42,472 nt of DNA, taken from the UHGV virus genome UHGV-0206950, one strand, 5' to 3'. Positions 1 through 8,739 of the stretch are shown here, one piece after another (within the stretch, counting starts at the first letter, position 1; every line of letters begins with the position of its first letter). This DNA comes from a virus. The notes under the pieces were generated by a model that made no database searches, was not told the DNA's origin, and worked only from the letters and a program-made list of their open reading frames with translations. A program made the translations under genes and the position numbers.

Positions 1-21
1 TTGTATCGAGGAAAGACCAAT

Positions 22-246
22 ATGCAGACATCAACAGACCGCATCACCTGGCGGAATGGCTGGCGTTTAAATGGCGAGCCATCCTGTGCGCATGATGTAC
101 GGGGAATATTTGAAGAACGCCTGTCCGCAAAAAAATGGGAAATCTATGAAAAACGCAAAGCTGAGATGATCGAGACGTGCGTTTTTCTCACACCAAAAGA
201 CTACGAAATAGCCTGTCGTGAACTGGCTGAGCTGCTGGGGATCTGA
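22..246 (+). CDS. hypothetical early protein (75 aa); last gene position of early-right operon if genome is circular
   Basis: ATG at 22 preceded by the phage-specific initiation motif GAGGAAAGACCAATATG (8-24) shared with other early genes; ORF open to 246. Confidence 0.4.
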   Translation: MQTSTDRITWRNGWRLNGEPSCAHDVRGIFEERLSAKKWEIYEKRKAEMIETCVFLTPKDYEIACRELAELLGI

Positions 247-248
247 CT

Positions 249-1232
249 ATGAGCATGACCCTAATGGCCCGGGCGATGGCAATAAAAACCGGAAACCCAA
301 TTCGTAAACTGGTGCTGATTAAACTTGCTGATAACGCCAATGATAATGGCGAATGCTGGCCATCTTATCAGCATATTGCTGATCATTGTGAATGCAGCAG
401 GAGTGCTGTTCGTACGCACATTGACGCGCTTATTGGCATGGGCGTTTTAACAAAAGAAAACCGCATGGGTATAAACAATGGTAAGGGCAATACGTCGAAT
501 GTGTATTACCTGAATCTTGATACCCCTGTGCCACCAAAAAGCACAGCCCCTGTGCCGTCAAAAGTCACAGGTATGCCGTTAGAAAACACACCCCCTATGC
601 CATGTGGTGGCACCAGAACCAGTCACTCTTTTGAACCAGTCAATGAACCTAATGATCCCCCTAACCCCCAGAAGGGGGAGGGTGACGAATGGATCCTTGC
701 TGACGCTAAAAAAGCCCTGGAATTCTACAACGAACAAACCGGTACCCGTTGCCGTGATGTTAAGCCGTTCGTTCTCATGCTTACGCCGACACAAACACGG
801 GAAGCATACACACTGGCTGAGCTGCAATTAGTTATTCGTTGGGTTCTGGCGACATGGCGCCGCCGTGGTTCTGGATTACCTAAACCAGCCAATATCTGCC
901 GCGTAAATCGCTTTGATGGTTATCTCGCAGATGCCGAAGCATGGGCCACTATGGAGGCTGATGTCGATCCGGATGCGGTCATGAACGGCTACAACGAGAT
1001 ATTTGCTGACACACTGCCTGCTGCTGAACTGGATGCAGATCGCCGCCGGATGATTATTCGCCTGGCGGCCCACATGAAAAATAAAACTACGGGAGCATTC
1101 CTGGGTTACTTCGAAAAATTCCGTGCTGATGCTCCTGATTTTTATTTCGGTTCTAACGGTGGATGGCGCGCCAGCTTTGACTATTTGATGAAACCAGAAA
1201 CTTTACGTAATACCCGGGAAGGCTCGCTATGA
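249..1232 (+). CDS. replication initiation protein, lambda O-like organisation (N-terminal HTH domain, linker with iteron-like repeats, C-terminal phage replisome-organiser-type domain)
   Basis: N-terminal winged-HTH-like segment (KLVLIKLADNANDNGECWPSYQHIADHCECSRSAVRTHIDAL), repeated PVPxK linker, conserved phage C-terminus (EWILADAKKALEFYNEQTG...LVIRWVL); sits immediately upstream of a DnaB-type helicase with an ATGA overlap. Confidence 0.65.
   Translation: MSMTLMARAMAIKTGNPIRKLVLIKLADNANDNGECWPSYQHIADHCECSRSAVRTHIDALIGMGVLTKENRMGINNGKGNTSNVYYLNLDTPVPPKSTAPVPSKVTGMPLENTPPMPCGGTRTSHSFEPVNEPNDPPNPQKGEGDEWILADAKKALEFYNEQTGTRCRDVKPFVLMLTPTQTREAYTLAELQLVIRWVLATWRRRGSGLPKPANICRVNRFDGYLADAEAWATMEADVDPDAVMNGYNEIFADTLPAAELDADRRRMIIRLAAHMKNKTTGAFLGYFEKFRADAPDFYFGSNGGWRASFDYLMKPETLRNTREGSL
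523..570. repeat. 2 x 24-bp tandem direct repeats, each an interrupted palindrome CTGTGC-N9-GCACAG; candidate ori iterons inside replication gene
   Basis: cccctgtgccaccaaaaagcacag / cccctgtgccgtcaaaagtcacag read directly; followed by 10-bp direct repeats GAACCAGTCA at 616-625 and 633-642. Confidence 0.4.
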
Positions 1233-2617
1233 CTCCGCAGGAACTGGAAGCGTGTGTGCTGGCAGGATTGCTGAATGGCGGTGCTTCACCTGACGCATTT
1301 GACGTGATCGCATCAACGCCAGAGGAATCATTCAGCATTGGTTTTTATCGCCGTGCATTCAGCGAGATAAAAAAACAGGCACTGACTAACGGCATGATCG
1401 ACATGCTTTTCATCAGTGAAGCGCTGGGCGGTTCAAGCCTGGCTGATTTGTCGGAAATTTCCCGCATACCTGCAACGATTCCGAATCTCAAAGGGTATGC
1501 AGGGAAGATGGTTAAGGCATGGCGCAGCCGTGCGCTGGCGAAACTTTTGCAGGATGGCGCCGACGGCATCCGCAATGCAGCCAACCAGGAACAACGTGAT
1601 CAGGTTGTGGAAAAGGCTGTGGCGCAGCTGCTAGATATGACCGCTGAAAGCGGCGACGTTCAACCGGTACACATTAACGAGCTGTTGCCTGCCTACATGG
1701 ACACCGTACAGAAACGCATGGAAGGCGATGAATCCACGCGTAACCTTCTGACCGGGATTGCGGATCTCGATAACGCTACTGGCGGTATAAACCAAACCGA
1801 TCTTGTGGTCGTGGCAGGTCGCCCAGGAATGGGTAAGACAGAATTTGCTCTGACTGTTGTGGAAGGTGTTACAGCAAAAGGCGGAGGCGCGCTAATTTTC
1901 AGCATGGAAATGGCTGCTGCTCAAATTGTTGAGCGCTCGCTGGCTGGCGCCGGAAACCTGTCTGTTTCCCGTCTGCGTAACCCTCAGGATATGTACGATG
2001 AGGATTGGGCGCGATTAACGGCTGCGATAGGTGAGCTTACGGATCGCGATATCTGGATTGTGGATGCAACCGACCTTACAGTTGAACAGATTCGCGCAAT
2101 TGCCGAAACACACAAACGGCGTCACCCGCATCTGGCAATGATTATGGTCGACTATCTCGGCCTGATAAAAAAGCCAAAATCAGAGCGTAATGATCTCGCT
2201 GTAGCGCATATTTCCCGAAATCTTAAAACGATGGCTATGCGTTTGCATACGCCAACCTTCGCGTTGAGCCAGCTCTCCCGCGCTGTTGATGCGCGCCCGG
2301 CGGCACAGCGCCGCCCGGTAATGTCAGACCTGCGTGATTCAGGCTCTATTGAGCAGGATGCTGACAGCATTCTGTTTCTGTACAGAGATGAAGTTTATAA
2401 CCCCGAAAGCCCGGCTGCAGGTGTAGCTGAGGTCATCCTCGGTAAATGTCGTTTTGCAGCTGCTGGTACCGTAGTTTACCAGGAGTTTAAAAACGGTCAC
2501 TTTCTGCCGATCGACCAGCACATTGGCAAAGAAAAAACACGGATTCAACTGGAGGCCGCAAAACCCAGAAAAACGCACCGTAAGTATGCAGAGAAGTACA
2601 ACACCGACGCATTTTAA
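1229..2617 (+). CDS. replicative DNA helicase, DnaB family
   Basis: Walker A GRPGMGKTEFALTV, DnaB C-terminal motifs (MVDYLGLI, SQLSR, LRDSGSIEQDAD); ATGA overlap with upstream gene. Confidence 0.8.
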   Translation: MTPQELEACVLAGLLNGGASPDAFDVIASTPEESFSIGFYRRAFSEIKKQALTNGMIDMLFISEALGGSSLADLSEISRIPATIPNLKGYAGKMVKAWRSRALAKLLQDGADGIRNAANQEQRDQVVEKAVAQLLDMTAESGDVQPVHINELLPAYMDTVQKRMEGDESTRNLLTGIADLDNATGGINQTDLVVVAGRPGMGKTEFALTVVEGVTAKGGGALIFSMEMAAAQIVERSLAGAGNLSVSRLRNPQDMYDEDWARLTAAIGELTDRDIWIVDATDLTVEQIRAIAETHKRRHPHLAMIMVDYLGLIKKPKSERNDLAVAHISRNLKTMAMRLHTPTFALSQLSRAVDARPAAQRRPVMSDLRDSGSIEQDADSILFLYRDEVYNPESPAAGVAEVILGKCRFAAAGTVVYQEFKNGHFLPIDQHIGKEKTRIQLEAAKPRKTHRKYAEKYNTDAF

Positions 2618-2655
2618 AACGCCTGACCAGCGTGAAATACAATGAGGAAAGACCA

Positions 2656-3336
2656 ATGACCGATTTAATTTATCCTAAAGTAGCGACAGTTGACGATGCC
2701 TGTGACTGGACGAACGTAATCATCTGGCGGATGAACGCAGGTGCCAGGGCTCGCAGCCGTTCGGTTTATGTACCTTGTCCGCGTCCGGTTCCTGTTCCGG
2801 GATTAACTGCTCGCGCGGCCCCAAAAAATAAAAAATCAAAACCTGTTGAAACCAACCCACGGTGTTTCAGTAAGACGCATACCGGAACCGTTATTTATTC
2901 AGGTGGAGAGAAGACAGTAAAACTTCGCGAAACGGCAACTGTGTGGACTTCCGGAAGCAAAGAGAATTACGACAAAAAAACGGGCTATAGGGTAGGTATT
3001 ACCAGCCGCTGTCGTCTGCTTCTGGATACCATAAAACCCATTGAGAACCCCACTGAATCCCAATTACCCCAAAAATCCAGCGAACTGCCGGCTGAATACC
3101 TGGTGGCGATTATGAAGGGTAAAACGCTCTCATATCAGGGGATCATGTCTGCTATTAAAAAATATTACCCGGACATCAAAATAAGTCTGGATCAACTACA
3201 GAAACGCGTCTTTGCGCTTTGCATGTCGAATTTTGTTGGCATTGAGCGGCATGACGACATGCCCGTTACACACTTCACGCTGAAAAGCGTTGATCCCCGT
3301 TTCTACGTTCACTCAGAGAAAAACATGAGGGCTTAA
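2656..3336 (+). CDS. hypothetical early protein (227 aa)
   Basis: ATG at 2656 preceded by GAGGAAAGACCAATG motif (2644-2658); long ORF, no recognisable motifs. Confidence 0.5.
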   Translation: MTDLIYPKVATVDDACDWTNVIIWRMNAGARARSRSVYVPCPRPVPVPGLTARAAPKNKKSKPVETNPRCFSKTHTGTVIYSGGEKTVKLRETATVWTSGSKENYDKKTGYRVGITSRCRLLLDTIKPIENPTESQLPQKSSELPAEYLVAIMKGKTLSYQGIMSAIKKYYPDIKISLDQLQKRVFALCMSNFVGIERHDDMPVTHFTLKSVDPRFYVHSEKNMRA

Positions 3337-3339
3337 GGC

Positions 3340-3588
3340 ATGACCGGGCAATCGGATTATCTCCCGCCCGGTCTCCCGCTCAATCGTGCTAAATGGCCAC
3401 AAGAGTGCCAACTCAAGGAGCATTACGACATGCGCGCCGCCGCGCTCGTTCGTCAGCTCTATGAGCGGAAAGTTACTCGCCAGACGGTTATTCAGCACAT
3501 TGACGCGACGCCGGAGAGTTATCGGGATTTTTTCAGAGAACGTTTGAATTACTGGCGCCAGCAGCACGAAGGGGGAAAGAGTGAATAA
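3340..3588 (+). CDS. hypothetical protein (82 aa)
   Basis: ORF with AAGG SD-like sequence; tightly packed between neighbouring genes. Confidence 0.4.
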   Translation: MTGQSDYLPPGLPLNRAKWPQECQLKEHYDMRAAALVRQLYERKVTRQTVIQHIDATPESYRDFFRERLNYWRQQHEGGKSE

Positions 3589-4183
3589 AAAGTACACGTT
3601 AATTTATGCGGATCCTCCCTGGGAATACAGAGACAAAGCAGCGGATGGTGACCGCGGCGCCGGGTTTAAATATCCGGTGATGAATGTTCTAGATATTTGC
3701 CGTCTTCCTGTGTGGGATCTCGCTGCTGAAAGTAGCCTGCTGGCTATGTGGTGGGTTCCGACGCAGCCGCTTGAAGCACTGAAGGTAGTTGAGGCATGGG
3801 GGTTTCGTTTGATGACAATGAAAGGCTTTACCTGGAACAAGTGCGGAAGCCGTCAGACAGAAAAATTGGTAATGGGAATGGGGCATATGACCCGTGCTAA
3901 TAGTGAAGATTGCCTTTTTGCAATTAAGGGGAAACTCCCTGAGCGTATTGATGCTGGGATTATCCAGTCATTTACAGCGCCTCGTCTGGCTCATTCACAA
4001 AAACCTGACTTTGTGCGTGAAAAGTTAGTTCAACTGTTGGGTGACGTACCACGTATAGAACTATTTGCGCGCCAGTCATCACATGGCTTTGACGTATGGG
4101 GAAATGAGTGTGGTTCGTCTGATGTAATGCTGCTGCCAGGAATAGCTGAATTTATCAAGGAAGATAGGGAGAGTGCTGCATGA
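3581..4183 (+). CDS. N6-adenine DNA methyltransferase, MT-A70 family
   Basis: N-terminal YTLIYADPPWEY (DPPW catalytic motif typical of MT-A70 family phage adenine MTases); GTG start after GGGGGA. Confidence 0.75.
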   Translation: MNKKYTLIYADPPWEYRDKAADGDRGAGFKYPVMNVLDICRLPVWDLAAESSLLAMWWVPTQPLEALKVVEAWGFRLMTMKGFTWNKCGSRQTEKLVMGMGHMTRANSEDCLFAIKGKLPERIDAGIIQSFTAPRLAHSQKPDFVREKLVQLLGDVPRIELFARQSSHGFDVWGNECGSSDVMLLPGIAEFIKEDRESAA

Positions 4184-4935
4184 CAAAGCCAGCAACAATT
4201 CTTGATATGTGCTGCGGCTCCCGCATGTTCTGGTTCAACAAGCATGACACCCGTGCTGTGTTCACTGATATCCGCACCGAAGAGCACGAGCTGTGCGACG
4301 GTCGCCGCCTGGTTATCAGTCCCGACCTGATTGCCGACTTTCGTTCACTGCCGTTCGCTGATTCTTCTTTTCCGGTTGTGGTGTTTGACCCGCCACATCT
4401 GGAGCGTGTGGGCCAGTCTGCCTGGATGGGTAAAAAATACGGGAGACTGAACAAAAAAACGTGGCGTTCTGATTTGCGAACAGGATTCAAAGAAGCTTTC
4501 CGCGTGCTGCGGCCACACGGCGTGCTCATCTTCAAATGGAACGAAACGCAGATACCGGTTAGCCAGATTCTGGCGCTTACAGATGTGAAACCTGCAATTG
4601 GCCAGCGTACCGGAAAGAACGACAAAACCCACTGGATAATATTTACGAAAGAAACTGGTGACGATACCTGCAATCTCAAAAGCGCCCTCCTTGATAGCGC
4701 ATACCGTAGATTACATGAGCTGGAGAGTTTGCTTCTTCCCGAGGTGCCAGAAACAGTCTGGCCAGTTGAGGTCAAGATGATTTTTGAGCAAATAAACAAC
4801 GCCGAGAGTCTGCCTGAACATCACCAAAGGCGACTAAAGCATCATATCAATCGCATGTGGTTAGAAAAAATGTCAGCACAGGAGATTGTGATTGCTGCTC
4901 GTTCGCTAATGAATGCAATGGAGAAATACGCGTGA
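4180..4935 (+). CDS. class I SAM-dependent (probable DNA) methyltransferase with DPPH motif plus about 90-aa C-terminal extension
   Basis: motif I-like ILDMCCGSRMFW followed by VVVFDPPHL (motif IV-like); ATGA overlap with upstream MTase. Confidence 0.55.
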   Translation: MTKPATILDMCCGSRMFWFNKHDTRAVFTDIRTEEHELCDGRRLVISPDLIADFRSLPFADSSFPVVVFDPPHLERVGQSAWMGKKYGRLNKKTWRSDLRTGFKEAFRVLRPHGVLIFKWNETQIPVSQILALTDVKPAIGQRTGKNDKTHWIIFTKETGDDTCNLKSALLDSAYRRLHELESLLLPEVPETVWPVEVKMIFEQINNAESLPEHHQRRLKHHINRMWLEKMSAQEIVIAARSLMNAMEKYA

Positions 4936-7067
4936 GAGAAATCATCGTTGATAATTTTGCTGGTGGTGGCGGTGCGTCAACCGGTATTGAAATGGCGATC
5001 GGTCGCAGTGTTGATATAGCAATCAACCACGATGAGAACGCTGTGGCGATGCACACTACGAATCACCCTGATACGCTGCACTATTGCGAGTCTGTGTATG
5101 AGGTTCGCCCAAAGGTAGCAACTGCGGGGCGCCCGGTGGCGCTGGCGTGGTTTTCTCCTGATTGCCGCCACTTTTCTAAAGCCAAGGGCGCTAAACCTGT
5201 CGAGAAAGCTATCCGTGGACTGGCATGGGTTGTGCTGCGTTGGGGGCTGGATGTTGAACCACGGGTAATGAAACTGGAGAACGTCGAAGAGTTTAAAACG
5301 TGGGGACCATTATTACGTGAAATGCCATTCATCAGTCACGCGGATCGCTTTCTTGATGAATTTATCGGACCACCTGAGCCAGTTGAACAGCGTCCCGACC
5401 CAGCTCGAATTGGTGAAACTTTTAACGCCTTTGTCGCAATGCTTACAACCGGCATTTCTGCAGATCATCCGGCGCTGGCAGAATGCTGTGAGTTTCTGAA
5501 TATTTCGCTTGATAGCGATGACGCCGCGCGGCTGGTAAAAGGCCTGGGCTATGTAGTTGAGTATCGCGAACTGCGCGCCTGTGACTATGGCGCACCGACA
5601 ATCAGAAAGCGTTTCTTCATGGTTATGCGACGTGATGGGAAGCCGATTGTATGGCCGGAACCAACGCATGGGGATCCGAAATCACCTGCGGTTCAGGCTG
5701 GCAGGCTGGCGCCATGGCGTACAGCTGCGGAGTGTATCGACTGGTCAATTCCGGCTCTATCGATATTCGACCGCAAAAAGCCGCTTGCAGAAAATACCCT
5801 GAAGCGGATCGCGCGCGGCATACAGCGCTTTGTTATCGACAGTGCGTCGCCGTTCATCGTGAAGTGCAATCACACCAGCACCAAAACGAGTTACGACTGT
5901 TTCCGAGGTCAAGCGCTGGGCGAACCTTTGCAGACCATTACCAAAACCCACGGCTACGCGTTAGCCGTTCCACATCTGACAAAGTTCCGTACTGGCGCAA
6001 CCGGGCAGCCCGTTACCGAACCGGTACCGACAGTTACCGCTGGCACGTCAAAACGCCCGGGCGGGAATGGGCATGCACTCGGGATTGTTGAGGCTGCACT
6101 GACACCATTCCTGGCGGGTAATGGTGGTAGTGAATACCAGGCTAAACCGCGCCCGCTGGATAAACCTGCTCACACCATTTTGAAGCAATCCCGCGCCTGT
6201 CTGGTTGCGCCAGTGATAGCCCGCCAGTTTGGGGCCAGCATCGGCCACCGGGCAGATGAACCGAGCGCAACTATCACCGCTGGTGGTGGTGGTAAATCTC
6301 AACTGGTAACACCAACGTTGATCCAGATGGGCTATGGGGAACGTCCCGGACAAGAACCGCGTGTGCTGCGACTGGATAACCCGCTGGGTACCGTTACTGC
6401 AGGTGGGAATAAATTCGCGACGGTGAGCGCGTTCCTGGCAAAGCATTACGGCGGCAACTATACGGGCCCGGGCGTCGGTTTAGATGAGCCTGTTCATTCA
6501 GTTACCACGGTTGATCACCACGCAGTTGTCGCTGCGCATTTGATGGTCAATAACACCGGACATCCCGGCGGCACACTGGACAATCCGGCTCATACTGTAA
6601 CGACAGGAAATCATCATGCAGTGGTTGCCTCCCATCTGGTGAAACTGCGAGGTACCTGCCGGGATGGGCAGCCAACCAGTGAACCAGTGCCAACGGTGAC
6701 GGCGGGCGGGCTGCACGTAGGGGAGGTGAAAACCACTCTTGCGGTCGATGAGTACGACGAATATCGCGCTCAGCAGACGCTTGAGTTTCTGCGGGAATAC
6801 TGCGGCGAGGATTGCGACGGGCTGGTGACAGTTGGCGGCATAACTTACCGCATCGTTGATATTGGCATGCGTATGCTGCAACCGCACGAGCTATACCGTG
6901 CGCAGGGCTTCCCGGAGTGGTACATCATCGACCAGGACTATCGGGGCAAGAAGTATGCGAAAGACAAGCAGGTTGCGCGATGCGGTAACGCCGTGCCACC
7001 GCCGTTTGCAGAGGCGCTGGTGAAGGCTAATTTGCCTGAATTATGCGTAAGCAGGGAGGCCGCGTAA
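4932..7067 (+). CDS. DNA (cytosine-5) methyltransferase with greatly expanded variable region containing about 7 tandem TRD-like repeats
   Basis: GTG start overlapping upstream TGA (GTGA); motif I IVDNFAGGGGAS, motif IV-like FSPDCRHFSKA, motif VI KLENVEEF, motif X CGNAVPPPF at C-terminus; repeats PVPTVTAGTS / PSATITAGGGG / PLGTVTAGGNK / PVHSVTTVDHH / PAHTVTTGNHH / PVPTVTAGGLH between motifs VI and X. Confidence 0.75.
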   Translation: MREIIVDNFAGGGGASTGIEMAIGRSVDIAINHDENAVAMHTTNHPDTLHYCESVYEVRPKVATAGRPVALAWFSPDCRHFSKAKGAKPVEKAIRGLAWVVLRWGLDVEPRVMKLENVEEFKTWGPLLREMPFISHADRFLDEFIGPPEPVEQRPDPARIGETFNAFVAMLTTGISADHPALAECCEFLNISLDSDDAARLVKGLGYVVEYRELRACDYGAPTIRKRFFMVMRRDGKPIVWPEPTHGDPKSPAVQAGRLAPWRTAAECIDWSIPALSIFDRKKPLAENTLKRIARGIQRFVIDSASPFIVKCNHTSTKTSYDCFRGQALGEPLQTITKTHGYALAVPHLTKFRTGATGQPVTEPVPTVTAGTSKRPGGNGHALGIVEAALTPFLAGNGGSEYQAKPRPLDKPAHTILKQSRACLVAPVIARQFGASIGHRADEPSATITAGGGGKSQLVTPTLIQMGYGERPGQEPRVLRLDNPLGTVTAGGNKFATVSAFLAKHYGGNYTGPGVGLDEPVHSVTTVDHHAVVAAHLMVNNTGHPGGTLDNPAHTVTTGNHHAVVASHLVKLRGTCRDGQPTSEPVPTVTAGGLHVGEVKTTLAVDEYDEYRAQQTLEFLREYCGEDCDGLVTVGGITYRIVDIGMRMLQPHELYRAQGFPEWYIIDQDYRGKKYAKDKQVARCGNAVPPPFAEALVKANLPELCVSREAA

Positions 7068-7405
7068 TGGCAAAATCAGCAGCAGAGCGCAAAGCAGCAC
7101 AGCGTGCCCGCCAGTCTGCTGCTGGTGGGCGGAAACTTGAACTGGTGCTGGATGCGCAGGAACTGGAAATGCTTGCCCGAAATTGCGCAGATCGTCGACC
7201 AGGCCGCACACCGTATGAAATGGGGGAATATATAGCGCTTCTCATTCGCCAGGATGATGCGCGTGTAAAGGGGCAGATAAAATCAATCCGCGCAAATAAA
7301 TGCAACAAGTGCGGTGACTCATTACCGGTTAAAGCATGCCCATGCGCAGGTGATTCTCAGTGCTGGGTTACACACGGATGGCATGTAGTAAAACTGACAA
7401 CGTGA
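7067..7405 (+). CDS. hypothetical basic/Cys-rich protein (112 aa)
   Basis: TAATG overlap with MTase stop, AGGGAGG SD; C-terminal CNKCGDSLPVKACPCAGDSQC cluster. Confidence 0.45.
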   Translation: MAKSAAERKAAQRARQSAAGGRKLELVLDAQELEMLARNCADRRPGRTPYEMGEYIALLIRQDDARVKGQIKSIRANKCNKCGDSLPVKACPCAGDSQCWVTHGWHVVKLTT

Positions 7406-7413
7406 CATGTCAC
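7400..7413. repeat. perfect 14-bp palindrome CGTGACATGTCACG spanning stop codon of preceding gene
   Basis: read directly. Confidence 0.5.
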
Positions 7414-7436
7414 GATACCCTAACACCTTAAAACGA

Positions 7437-7463
7437 ACCGCCAGAAAATGGCGGTTTTTCTTT
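7437..7463 (+). terminator. rho-independent terminator (7-bp GC stem accgcca/tggcggt, loop gaaaa, T-tract)
   Basis: accgccagaaaatggcggtttttcttt read directly. Confidence 0.7.
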
Positions 7464-7525
7464 ATTAAACAAGTGTGTACAAAATAGCCATGTTTGGTAT
7501 TTTAACGTTTTGTGCCTTTAAAAGT

Positions 7526-7554
7526 TTGCACTTACTGCCACTTGGGAGTATATA
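7526..7554 (+). promoter_or_regulatory. sigma70 promoter: -35 TTGCAC, 17-bp spacer, -10 TATATA
   Basis: near-consensus hexamers with optimal spacing read directly. Confidence 0.6.
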
Positions 7555-7574
7555 TACTGTATGTTTATACAGTA
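7555..7574 (+). promoter_or_regulatory. LexA (SOS) box TACTGTATGTTTATACAGTA abutting the -10 element
   Basis: perfect CTGT-N8-ACAG with TA flanks matching the E. coli LexA consensus taCTGTatatatatACAGta. Confidence 0.7.
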
Positions 7575-7593
7575 TGCTTGTGAGGGAGGGAAC

Positions 7594-7785
7594 GTGTTCA
7601 AAAAGACGGAGGTAGGGGAACATCTCCCCGATAACGGTCGCGTTCTCATAACCTGCAAGAATGGTAAGGTGACGGCACTTAGAAACATCTATGATGATGA
7701 ACATGTCGCGTCACTTAAATCGTTGTTAGAGCTGGCAGAACAAGCAGGTTGTGTCGTTGTTCAAAGAGGCAAAACTAAGATATAA
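7594..7785 (+). CDS. small hypothetical protein (63 aa), first gene downstream of LexA-boxed promoter; candidate SOS-induced antirepressor/regulator
   Basis: GTG start after GAGGGAGGG SD; in-frame ATG at 7561 lies inside the LexA box and lacks SD, so the alternative 74-aa start is less likely. Confidence 0.4.
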   Translation: MFKKTEVGEHLPDNGRVLITCKNGKVTALRNIYDDEHVASLKSLLELAEQAGCVVVQRGKTKI

Positions 7786-7852
7786 TCATGGTATCGGACT
7801 GAACACCCGGAACCTGTATTTCTGAGCAATTGCTGCGCTAAAGGGGAAACCA

Positions 7853-8449
7853 ATGGCGCAGTATTCATTTGTAAAATCAGCAGGCGGAGTATTAATTCCG
7901 GCGACGCCTGACGCACGGGAATTTATCGAGAAAAAATTCCGTCTTGGTGCTGTTTTATATGCTGACTTTAAACAGGCACGTAATGCGGCATTTCACCGTA
8001 AATTTTTTGCACTCCTGAATCTTGGTTTCGATTACTGGCAACCGTCGGGCGGTGCAATATCCCCGGCAGATAAAAAACTGGTTCACGGATATGTTCAGCT
8101 GGTGGCCCATTATGCTGGCCATGAAGAAACACTCCAGGAGCTGGCCGATCAGTATCTGCGTGAAGAAGCAGAAAAACGCGCCGGCAATATCAGCGCTGTA
8201 AAATCCTTTGAAGCATTCAGAGCCTGGGTAACTATCGAGGCGGGTTTTTATACTCAATACGAAATGCCAGACGGTACGACCCGCAACGAACCCAAATCCA
8301 TATCGTTTGCCAAAATGGACGATCTCGAGTTTTCCCAACTTTATAAATCCGTACTTGATGTGCTATGGAATTATATTTTATTCCGCACATTTCCCACCCA
8401 GCAGGCTGCAGAAAACGCCGCCTCACAATTATTCAGTTACGCCGCATGA
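7853..8449 (+). CDS. conserved lambdoid nin-region-type protein (198 aa; DUF1367-like by recollection, function unknown)
   Basis: ORF with AAGGGGAAA SD; position between replication genes and Q; family assignment from memory only. Confidence 0.5.
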   Translation: MAQYSFVKSAGGVLIPATPDAREFIEKKFRLGAVLYADFKQARNAAFHRKFFALLNLGFDYWQPSGGAISPADKKLVHGYVQLVAHYAGHEETLQELADQYLREEAEKRAGNISAVKSFEAFRAWVTIEAGFYTQYEMPDGTTRNEPKSISFAKMDDLEFSQLYKSVLDVLWNYILFRTFPTQQAAENAASQLFSYAA

Positions 8450-8739
8450 AGAAAATCGATCTCACCAAACAGGCTCGCGGTCGCATGTGCACTGTGCGCA
8501 TTCCGGGTATCTGCAATTTTAATCCAGAAACCAGCGTTCTTGCCCATTATCGCATGAGTGACACCTGCGGGATGGGAATCAAACCACATGACATGCAAGG
8601 CGCAATTGCTTGCAACTGTTGTCATGACGTAATCGATGGCCGTGTAAAAACCGATATTGATCAGGACACCCTGAGGCTATATCACGCCGAAGGTGTTTTC
8701 CGTACCCAACAAATCTGGAGAGAGGAGGCGTTTATATGA
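8446..8739 (+). CDS. YbcO-like DUF1364 protein (putative metal-binding nuclease of lambdoid nin regions)
   Basis: MKKIDLTKQARGRMCTVRIPGICNFNPETSVLAHYRM...IACNCCHDVIDGR closely parallels E. coli DLP12 YbcO (AARGRECQVRIPGVCNGNPETSVLAH...IACSACHDEID); ATGA overlap with upstream gene. Confidence 0.65.
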   Translation: MKKIDLTKQARGRMCTVRIPGICNFNPETSVLAHYRMSDTCGMGIKPHDMQGAIACNCCHDVIDGRVKTDIDQDTLRLYHAEGVFRTQQIWREEAFI

